Shown: piece after piece, positions 51,095 to 58,564 of the stretch | How positions within the stretch are numbered: the stretch's first letter is position 1 | Layout: the number at the start of each line of letters is the position of its first letter | Virus record (IMG/VR): IMGVR_UViG_3300042540_001399 | Coordinates: 124,001 to 188,000 of that record | Length of the DNA stretch: 64,000 nt | Direction: 5' to 3' (one strand) | Translations under genes and position numbers: made by a program | The notes under the pieces: generated by a model | The model's database searches: none | Told to the model about the DNA's origin: nothing | Seen by the model: only the letters and a program-made list of their open reading frames with translations

Positions 51095-51840
51095 ACCTAC
51101 AAGAAAACATACAAAGGATTAAACAAATGATGGGGATCATTAACGAGAATATAGATGATGTTCTTGACAAAATGAGCCGAGGTGAAGAATTGTCACAGGA
51201 AGATAAAAATAAAATGTCAGTATTTCAAAAACATCTTTTTTCAGGAAAAAAAGAAAATGATTTCAAATATCACAGAGTATCTGAGTTAAATATTGCAGAA
51301 CCTAATTCAGAAAATCATGTAAATGAATCACAAATTCTTGTACACTACGATTCTAATACTAATATCAAACCAGAATACATGGTAAAAAAAATTGCACTTA
51401 TTTTAAATAAATCAAACATTGATTGTGTAGTTGGGTATTCTTTTAGATTGTTTACATTTGCCAATGGGTATTTTGTTAAGGTAAATGAGTACCAAGTCGA
51501 AAACGCAATTTATGTTTTGAATAAAAACGGGTTTAGTACGGAAATGAATCCAATGTATGATCTTTCAAATAACTATGACACAAAAAGTAACCGAGAAGAA
51601 AAACTACAAAACTTTTCTGAAAATTCAGATATAATAATTTTGAGTGACTCTGAAATTTATCAAAATTTAAATCTTACTGATACACAATTTAATGATAGAT
51701 TAGAAAAACTGTTAAAAAAATTTGGTATAAATAACTTCTTTATAACAAAAAATAAAATAACCATTTCTGATAAATCAAAAATTGACGATGTGATTAATTA
51801 TTTGAATACCAAAGGATACAACACAAGAAGATCAAGATAA
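51091..51840 (+). CDS. MNLQE-leader hypothetical protein
   Basis: True start at 51091 (ATGA overlap with previous stop). Confidence 0.7.
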   Translation: MNLQENIQRIKQMMGIINENIDDVLDKMSRGEELSQEDKNKMSVFQKHLFSGKKENDFKYHRVSELNIAEPNSENHVNESQILVHYDSNTNIKPEYMVKKIALILNKSNIDCVVGYSFRLFTFANGYFVKVNEYQVENAIYVLNKNGFSTEMNPMYDLSNNYDTKSNREEKLQNFSENSDIIILSDSEIYQNLNLTDTQFNDRLEKLLKKFGINNFFITKNKITISDKSKIDDVINYLNTKGYNTRRSR

Positions 51841-51841
51841 T

Positions 51842-52249
51842 ATGAATTTACAAGAAAACATATCAAGGATTAAACAAATGATGGGACTTCTTACAGAAGG
51901 ACTTCATGACACATATTGGCAAAATGAAGATGGTGACAAAATAACTCTAATTGATTTATTAAATGCAACACAAGACATACCTGTAGAAGAATTTTCCGTA
52001 GAAGAATTAAAACCGCATCTATTAACTTGGGATGGGGATGAAGATGAGGTTAAAAAAATAGAAAGTGCCAATTTACAATACCCAATATTAATATTCGTAA
52101 ATGACGATGGTGAATTTATATCAATTATAGATGGTCATCACCGAGCACAAAAAGCGGTGAGAAAAGGGTTAGAAACAATTAAGGCGAAGGTAATACCAAT
52201 TAATTCTTTACCTAAAAACATAAGAAGAGTATTTTCACATATGAACTAA
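51842..52249 (+). CDS. MNLQE-leader ParB/Sulfiredoxin-like protein
   Basis: ANLQYPILI...IIDGHHRAQKA. Confidence 0.8.
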   Translation: MNLQENISRIKQMMGLLTEGLHDTYWQNEDGDKITLIDLLNATQDIPVEEFSVEELKPHLLTWDGDEDEVKKIESANLQYPILIFVNDDGEFISIIDGHHRAQKAVRKGLETIKAKVIPINSLPKNIRRVFSHMN

Positions 52250-52250
52250 T

Positions 52251-53531
52251 ATGAACCTACAAGAATCCATAAGAAGAATATTAAGGGAAGATTTGTTAAA
52301 TAAATCAAAATTCTTTCTAAGAAGAATTAATTTAGATGAGGTTAAAAAATTACTTCCAATCAACGCAGAACAAGTACATGGTGAAACAAAAAGTTATGAG
52401 CAATTCAAGTATGAATTAACTTTAAGAGCCGTGGAGGCAATTATGTGGAATGATTATGAACTCGGGTGGGAAGATCTACCAGAACAAGAGGAAATAGAAT
52501 TTGTTAATGAAGTTTCCAACATGTTTAATAAAACAATCAAAAAGTTATATAATTCTTATAGTGGAAGAATATTAAGGGAAGAAGATTATTCTCCGGCGGG
52601 TAAAGAAATAATACCAAATAAAATTGTGATCCACAAGTCCAATCCGATCTTCAGAAATAAGATAATGGAAAATGGTCTTAAAGTAAGGGCAGGAGAATGT
52701 TACAAAATATATGTTGGTTATGGTGTTAAGTGTAAACCTGCAATTTTTGCAACCAACTCAACGAACAAAAGAGCATGGTTTGATTCAACATACGACGATG
52801 ATATATGGGAAATAAATACAGAAATGATTCCTGATGTAAAGTGGTATAAAGATAGACACTTTGAGTCAAGGTCAAAACATATTGTTACGTTTCAAGACAT
52901 ACCAAAAGAAGCAATAACTTTAAAATATGAAGGAAGTGGAAGTGGAGATGTAGAAAAGTGGGATAAAGATTCGCCAAACATAGTTAGAGAATCCCAAATA
53001 GACCCTTATCTTCTAAGAAGATTTCATGAGTTCGACGACACTTTCAAATTGGTATCATCAAATGTTTATCCATGTGATTTCAGACATCCACAACATTATT
53101 GGAATTACACGATAGAAAGAGTACTGGAAGCTATTTATTTTAATTTTTTCTATGAAACTAAATCCGAATTAAATTGGGAGTCCCTTTCTGATGAAATTCT
53201 TTATCTTCTAAATAGAACATATTATGATGAATTAGTTTCAGACTGGGAATCCAAGTGTAATAATAATATTCATGAAGATTTTTCACCTGAGTTTTTAAGA
53301 AGAATAACTATAATTGATACGTTAATTGACGCAACCCTTTCTTCTATGTACCCATGTGAATATAGTTCTGAAAAAGCTTTTCTTCGTGGTTTATACGACG
53401 AATTATATTGGTCATTTATAGGGGAAGACTTAAAAATTATTGACTATTCAGATATTATTGATTTTATAGAAGAAAACAGAAAAGAAGACATATATGATTA
53501 TTGGGACGAATATTGTGTTCGATTATCATAA
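52251..53531 (+). CDS. Four-module protein: LRR module, ADP-ribosyltransferase-like domain, two more LRR modules
   Basis: VIHKS...IMENGL...IFAT...DIPKEAI; modules separated by ILREE, VRE and IHE. Confidence 0.6.
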   Translation: MNLQESIRRILREDLLNKSKFFLRRINLDEVKKLLPINAEQVHGETKSYEQFKYELTLRAVEAIMWNDYELGWEDLPEQEEIEFVNEVSNMFNKTIKKLYNSYSGRILREEDYSPAGKEIIPNKIVIHKSNPIFRNKIMENGLKVRAGECYKIYVGYGVKCKPAIFATNSTNKRAWFDSTYDDDIWEINTEMIPDVKWYKDRHFESRSKHIVTFQDIPKEAITLKYEGSGSGDVEKWDKDSPNIVRESQIDPYLLRRFHEFDDTFKLVSSNVYPCDFRHPQHYWNYTIERVLEAIYFNFFYETKSELNWESLSDEILYLLNRTYYDELVSDWESKCNNNIHEDFSPEFLRRITIIDTLIDATLSSMYPCEYSSEKAFLRGLYDELYWSFIGEDLKIIDYSDIIDFIEENRKEDIYDYWDEYCVRLS

Positions 53532-53532
53532 T

Positions 53533-53610
53533 TAACTATGGTTTTCAATTACTCGGTTCATAGTCCTTCACTTCGTTCGGAATTCACCTCATAATTTAAT
53601 ACCATAGTTA
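53533..53610 (-). other. Hairpin with three tandem G.A pairs and a C-GAA-G triloop
   Basis: Minus strand: TAACTATGGT...GA-GGT-GA-AT-TCC-GA-AC-GAA-GT-GA-A-GGA-CT-AT-GA-ACC-GA...ACCATAGTTA. Confidence 0.7.
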
Positions 53611-53650
53611 TATTTATTATACATAAAGGATAACAAATCAAAAGACAACA

Positions 53651-53974
53651 ATGTCACTTAAAAAAATAATTAGAAAAGTATTGATTCAAGAATCGGGAAA
53701 CATAGATCCTTACATACTTCGAAGACTTGATTTAGATAAGTTCAATGATCTCTTAGATAAAGGAAAAGTATATATGTTTTATGAATCCAATTCATTAGAA
53801 GAATTCAAATGGAAGTTAGTTACGGCAACATTAGAAAACTATCATTACTACAAGTATGAAACTGATATAGATACAAGTGATGGATATTTCGATCAAACAA
53901 TACAAAGTCTTATCAACTTATTTGAGCCCAAGTTAGAAACTATTTATAACAGATTAAAAAATGAAAGAGGATGA
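53651..53974 (+). CDS. Leader plus LRR-motif module
   Basis: KKIIRKVLIQE; IDPYILRRLD. Confidence 0.65.
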   Translation: MSLKKIIRKVLIQESGNIDPYILRRLDLDKFNDLLDKGKVYMFYESNSLEEFKWKLVTATLENYHYYKYETDIDTSDGYFDQTIQSLINLFEPKLETIYNRLKNERG

Positions 53975-54594
53975 ACAAACAATTAAATCCATTTTTGTTA
54001 CGTAGAGTTGATCCTAAAGTGTTAGACGCCGAATTTGAGGATTGTTTAGATACTGCCACAAACATGTACAACAGGGGAAAAGACAAAAGTTCGGTATCAT
54101 TACCTCAGTTTAGAAATAGAGTCATATCCATGTTGATAGACTCAATTCACTATGATATACATAGCTCTGTTCCAGAAGAACTTCAGTGGTATGATGATGT
54201 CTTTTATATGTTAAAAGATTATTATGGGGGTAAGATTAAAAAAAGATTAGATCAATTAAATTCCAAAACTATAAATGAATCCAAGTTACAAATTTATATG
54301 TTAAGAAGAATAGATGTTGTTGAACATTACCTTAACAATTTAAGTTCAAAAGATGTTTGTATACACTGGTCAGACGATGAGGCTTTAGAATATTCTAGTC
54401 AAATACTTTCAGACATGTCAAGAATTATTATTGATGAACTACACTATGTTGATTCAGAATCATATGTAGACAAGTATGATGAAATATATCAATTTTTAAT
54501 TGATCTTGATTATCCGAAAAGAATAGTAGACTTCTTTTATGATTCATTAAAAACTTGTGAAGATAGACATAGATATAAATTTAGAAAACCATAA
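53971..54594 (+). CDS. Two LRR-motif modules
   Basis: NPFLLRRVD and INE-SKLQIYMLRRID. Confidence 0.65.
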   Translation: MNKQLNPFLLRRVDPKVLDAEFEDCLDTATNMYNRGKDKSSVSLPQFRNRVISMLIDSIHYDIHSSVPEELQWYDDVFYMLKDYYGGKIKKRLDQLNSKTINESKLQIYMLRRIDVVEHYLNNLSSKDVCIHWSDDEALEYSSQILSDMSRIIIDELHYVDSESYVDKYDEIYQFLIDLDYPKRIVDFFYDSLKTCEDRHRYKFRKP

Positions 54595-54676
54595 AATAAT
54601 ATAACACATTCACTCATTACAAAGGGGACCTCAATCGGTTCCCTTTTTCATTCACTCATATGTTATACTATTTTAT
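54591..54676 (-). other. Second tandem G.A hairpin
   Basis: 19-bp outer stem (two G.T); ATGAGTGAAT paired with ATGAGTGAAT; inner AAAGGG/CCCTTT and ACC/GGT. Confidence 0.7.
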
Positions 54677-55796
54677 AAAACTATAATCCCCCCATTTAGT
54701 TAAGTCCTAATATATTGTCCCCCCATTTAAGTTGACCAATGATTACACATTTTGCGTAACACATTTTGTATAATGTTATGGTACAACTATCAAGACAACT
54801 TTGTACCAAAGTTATATTTTAGTGTTGTACTTGTATTATATTTTGGTGTGGTGATTAGTTACTAAATGAATGTGTATATGAAAAGGGTATAAACATACCC
54901 ACTTATTACCACTTATTAGAAGTTATTACCACTTTACTATGTGTTATTAGTTGTGTAGATTTTAGTGGTCAGGATGTTGAAAAACCCACTAAAGTGGTCG
55001 TTGAAGTTATCTATTTAATGATCTATAAGTGATCTACTAACGACATAAATGTCTGTCCACGGCAACAGTACCATTAATATATGTTTTTCGCTGGAGAATA
55101 GACATAGTGAAAAAAGTGGTTCTGTAGGGGTCAAGAAGGGGGATTTTTTAGGTCTGTAGATAGCAACAGGTACAATTTCGGTGGTAGAAAGTGGGAAGTA
55201 TAGAGTGGGGAAAAGTGGTAGAAAACCCGTAAAGAGATTGTGTCGTGTGTAACGCTCGACTGACATTTTGACAAAAACAAGTTTTTTAACATAATTATTT
55301 ATTAACAATTCCCCCTGGTGATGGAGATATTAAAAGTTTTCAACAAAGTAATTGACAAAAGTGGTGATACCATAACCCTGACATATTGTCACCAAAACTA
55401 TTCTGGTACATGTGTGTATAAAGAACATAACTTGGTTGGTAAAAATAAACCTATCAGACAAAGGTTCTACACCCTTGAGTCATCAGACATGGGGGATGTA
55501 TTAGAATATCTATTTACACAGGGACATATTAAAGATGGGGACTTCAATACCATTGGTCCCCAACTACAAGACTATTCATTAGGTCTTATATATGATCATC
55601 CATTTGATCAATAATATAACGACGAATAAAGTTAGTTATATTTGACGTGGGGAAGTAGTCCAAAAAGAAAGCACACACTGTAAGACCAAACAGAAATAAC
55701 AACGTGATTACAACATAGACCATAAGAAACATTTCCATAACAGAATAATAACACACACCATTCACCTTTTCAAGATCATTAGTATATTTATTATTA

Positions 55797-55920
55797 GAAG
55801 TTCATTTTCCCCACAGTAGGGAATTAGTTGTTCAAGACCCAGGCGGTCTGTAAAGTTCAAGATGAAGTTGACAACATAATTTTCTTAAGGATCCCTATTC
55901 GGTGATGGGGAATTTTTTAT
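55797..55920 (+). ncRNA. Candidate structured late sRNA
   Basis: TATTTAT at 55785; stems TTCCC/GGGAA, AATTAGTTG-TCAA/TTGA-CAAC-TAATT and AGACC/GGTCT; terminal hairpin with T tract. Confidence 0.4.
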
Positions 55921-56010
55921 GCTCCCTTATTTTTTTTATAAGGCATCCTGCCTCTGATTGAGCTCCACGGGTTGTTCCCCCGAGCCCGACTTAACCTTAT
56001 CATCAGTGTC
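55921..56010 (-). ncRNA. Candidate structured sRNA behind a host-sigma promoter
   Basis: TACCTTTG on the minus strand at 56015-56022; stems CTGAT/ATCAG, GGGCTC/GAGCTC, GGG/CCC and GGCA/TGCC. Confidence 0.45.
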
Positions 56011-56347
56011 AATACAAAGGTACGGGATTAATTTGACACTACCAAATTTTCCCCCATGTTTATTTGATCAAAAGTTATTAACACCACTATAGTCGTTTAC
56101 TAAGTTATCAACATGACAGTGTGTCACATGGGGGACCAATAGAGTTTGGCATACCCCTACCATAGGGGGATCCACAAGAATTACCCCCTCCCCCCTCCCG
56201 TATGCCCCCTTATATGACATATTGTCAGGGGAAAAAGGGGGGTCAATCCCAAATATAACATATTCGTAAAAAAAATTCTGGAAAAATTTTTGGGAAAATT
56301 TGGAAACTATACTATCCCATATTATACAGTAAAGTATATTTATCAAT

Positions 56348-56653
56348 ATGGAAGAAGGTTTAAGATGGTTTTTAAGAAGAACAAATGATCCTGAAATAAT
56401 AAATCACATCGAGGAACTTGTGGAAGAGGGTTTTGATTATGAAGACGTTTGTGATTACATCGGTAGGAAAAGAGAATATGTTAGGGAAATAGTTCGTGGG
56501 TCAACTATTACTTTTATAAATTCTTATGATGGATTAGATAAACTAAATGAGTCAAGTGTGTTAAGGATTTATAATTTTATTATGTCCAGATTTCTTGAGT
56601 TAATTACGGACCATTATGACTCTAATATCGAAGATTGTGATGGATTCTTATAA
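56348..56653 (+). CDS. LRR-motif module protein
   Basis: WFLRRTND...VCDY...EDC; TATTTAT at 56337. Confidence 0.65.
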   Translation: MEEGLRWFLRRTNDPEIINHIEELVEEGFDYEDVCDYIGRKREYVREIVRGSTITFINSYDGLDKLNESSVLRIYNFIMSRFLELITDHYDSNIEDCDGFL

Positions 56654-56715
56654 TGTGTAAAGTAAAACCCTTACAATCTGTAAAGTGAAACCCTTATAAT
56701 CTGTAAAGTCGACCC
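56647..56715 (+). repeat. Three tandem 23-bp repeats
   Basis: CTTAYAATSTGTAAAGTnnAcCC; TGTAAAGT at 56656, 56679 and 56702. Confidence 0.85.
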
Positions 56716-56812
56716 CTTTTTAATTTACCTTCAAATACTAAAAAAAATTTCTGGAAAAATTTTTCAAAAATATAGGTTTTAGACATTCTACATATTTATT
56801 GGAAAATACATT

Positions 56813-57526
56813 ATGGAACTAAATAGATTTAAACAATTATTGGAATCAAGCTTGGGGGATGTTAGACCACTTATATCTGAACAAGAAGTAAAAGATTTTT
56901 CAGCTCAGATTTTTGAAGAACTAAAAACAAACGGATTTACAATATCAAATGTAAACGCCAATCTTGTTCAAGCGTCAAAGGCGTCACTTACACTTTTATT
57001 TCAAGTACAGGTTGATAAGCAACAACAGAAATATTATAGACTAATTGAAATAGATTATATGTTGGCGGTTGATCCAAATAATGAAGGGATTTCACCTGAG
57101 TTATTAAAAACATTTACAGGTGTGGGTGCCAGTGGGGAGTACATTGGTCCTGTTTATTCTAAACCAACAGAAGAAGATAAAGAGTTTTTAAAAACTTTAT
57201 CCAACAAAGATAGGAACATGATGACCAATAGTGGACCTACAGAAAAAAGAGCAGGTTTTAAAATGTGGAAATCTAATCTTGGGGGTCTTGATCTTACGAC
57301 TTTGGGACAATCAAAAGAAACCACAAGTATATACAAGTACATGAAAGATTTTTATGCTTTGGGTGTTACCGCACAAAAATATCAAAACTTTAATAGTGCT
57401 AATTTTGCAGGTCAAGTTAAGATTGTTGGTCAGGAATTAAAATCGGCAGCCGCTCCTATGGTTGACAAGGCTAAACAAGGAATACAAAATCTGGCATCTA
57501 AGGTCAAAGGAAAACTACAACGTTAA
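56813..57526 (+). CDS. MExNRFKQLLES-leader hypothetical protein
   Basis: 24-aa leader nearly identical to 60624; bodies unrelated. Confidence 0.7.
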   Translation: MELNRFKQLLESSLGDVRPLISEQEVKDFSAQIFEELKTNGFTISNVNANLVQASKASLTLLFQVQVDKQQQKYYRLIEIDYMLAVDPNNEGISPELLKTFTGVGASGEYIGPVYSKPTEEDKEFLKTLSNKDRNMMTNSGPTEKRAGFKMWKSNLGGLDLTTLGQSKETTSIYKYMKDFYALGVTAQKYQNFNSANFAGQVKIVGQELKSAAAPMVDKAKQGIQNLASKVKGKLQR

Positions 57527-57636
57527 AAATTAATAAAAATAGAAACCCTACCTCATCGGTGGGGTTTTTTGTTATTGACAGTAGTATTTATTTTTGTTAA
57601 TATTATTTAACAAATAAACTTATAATTTAACTTACC

Positions 57637-57807
57637 ATGAAAAGTTTAACTTTGATGGGTCTTTTGTTAAGTTTTTCGTTGATGGTATCATCATGTAATT
57701 CTAAAAAAGAAGAAACAACTACAAACAATGTTTCTACTGAAAATGTTGGAACTGATAGTACTACAACCGAAAACGTATCAAATGATTCCTTGACTGTTAT
57801 TAAGTAA
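57637..57807 (+). CDS. 56-aa lipoprotein (below the ORF-track cutoff)
   Basis: MKSLTLMGLLLSFSLMVSS-CNSKKEE followed by a T/N/S-rich tail; flanked by terminators. Confidence 0.7.
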   Translation: MKSLTLMGLLLSFSLMVSSCNSKKEETTTNNVSTENVGTDSTTTENVSNDSLTVIK

Positions 57808-57886
57808 AAAATAATTTATAATCTGTGAATTATTTATCCCCCACTTTTATCGGTGGGGTTTTTTGTTTTACATTATATTTATTGAT

Positions 57887-58213
57887 ATGAAAATTATTAT
57901 AACGGAAAGACAATATAATAAAGTAATTGTTCTAAGAAGAATTAATGAAATAATGCATGAAGCCTTGTTAATGATTAGGGATGATGGGGCTTTTTATGGT
58001 GACGTAAACTTTTGTTATCATTACCCCACATTTGAAGGTTTTATGGAAGATATGGTTGAGGAAATTATTCGCAATTATGAATATTTTAATAATTTCGACA
58101 TATCGGATTTTATCTATGATGAAGTTGGTTTTGAAAACTTTATTAACATATTGATTGATGTTCACGGTGATGAGATTAGAGAGTTCTATAACTCAAAAAC
58201 AGAAGATTGTTAA
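57887..58213 (+). CDS. Leader plus LRR-motif module
   Basis: MKIIITERQ...VLRRI...C...EDC; TATTTAT at 57876. Confidence 0.7.
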   Translation: MKIIITERQYNKVIVLRRINEIMHEALLMIRDDGAFYGDVNFCYHYPTFEGFMEDMVEEIIRNYEYFNNFDISDFIYDEVGFENFINILIDVHGDEIREFYNSKTEDC

Positions 58214-58214
58214 C

Positions 58215-58544
58215 ATGAAAATCATTATCACAGAAAATCAACTATTTCTTATTAGACGGCTACAACAATTTGTTGATCTTGTTGAAGATCAGATTGATGG
58301 GTACGAAAGAAATGAAGATGGTGCTTGGTGGTGTAAATATAATACCCCCGATTCTTTTTTAGAAAATTTTAGAGATAGATGTATCGAGGAGTTTGTTAAT
58401 AACAATTGGGAATTCTTTCATGATAACAGTGAAAATGGGGGATCTAATATGGATATAAGTTTATTATATAATATTGTTGATCAAGATTACGGGAACTATA
58501 TTAAAAATCTTTTTGTTCGTAAGTGTAATTATTATCGTTATTAG
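58215..58544 (+). CDS. Leader plus LRR-motif module
   Basis: MKIIITENQ..LIRRL...WC...KC; start moved to 58215. Confidence 0.7.
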   Translation: MKIIITENQLFLIRRLQQFVDLVEDQIDGYERNEDGAWWCKYNTPDSFLENFRDRCIEEFVNNNWEFFHDNSENGGSNMDISLLYNIVDQDYGNYIKNLFVRKCNYYRY

Positions 58545-58564
58545 TAAAATTCTTCCTTTTTATT

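Larger units (their letters stand above)
48306..52291 (+). repeat. Dispersed 21-58 nt gene-start repeat ATGAACCTACAAGAAAACATA... (MNLQENI...)
   Basis: Copies at 48306, 48716, 49195, 50312, 51091, 51842 and 52251; internal partial copy near 49472. Confidence 0.9.
54595..56347. other. Largely non-coding 1.75-kb region; candidate origin or packaging/terminus region
   Basis: Drop in coding density, ACCACTT/AAGTGG repeats, three TGACA-N3-TGTCA palindromes, G/C runs, A/T tracts. Confidence 0.5.

Noticed and set aside
50312-52249. ParB-like genes as a partition system
   Set aside because: No ParA or HTH domain; these are stand-alone ParB/Srx catalytic-type domains within the leader array.
48306-52291. 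MNLQE repeats as a CRISPR array or DGR template/variable repeats
   Set aside because: The repeats are in-frame gene starts separated by whole genes. There is no cas gene or reverse transcriptase in the window and no adenine-specific mismatch pattern.
55940-56006. Hammerhead ribozyme suggested by CTGATGA on the minus strand
   Set aside because: No correctly placed GAAA and stem II/III arrangement follows.
55015-56346. ORFs 55015-55308(-), 55318-55614(+) and 56068-56346(-) as genes
   Set aside because: Atypical composition, overlap with repeats and no promoter motif. 55318 remains possible but is unsupported.
56647-56715. 23-bp repeats as a mini-CRISPR
   Set aside because: The units are contiguous with no unique spacers.
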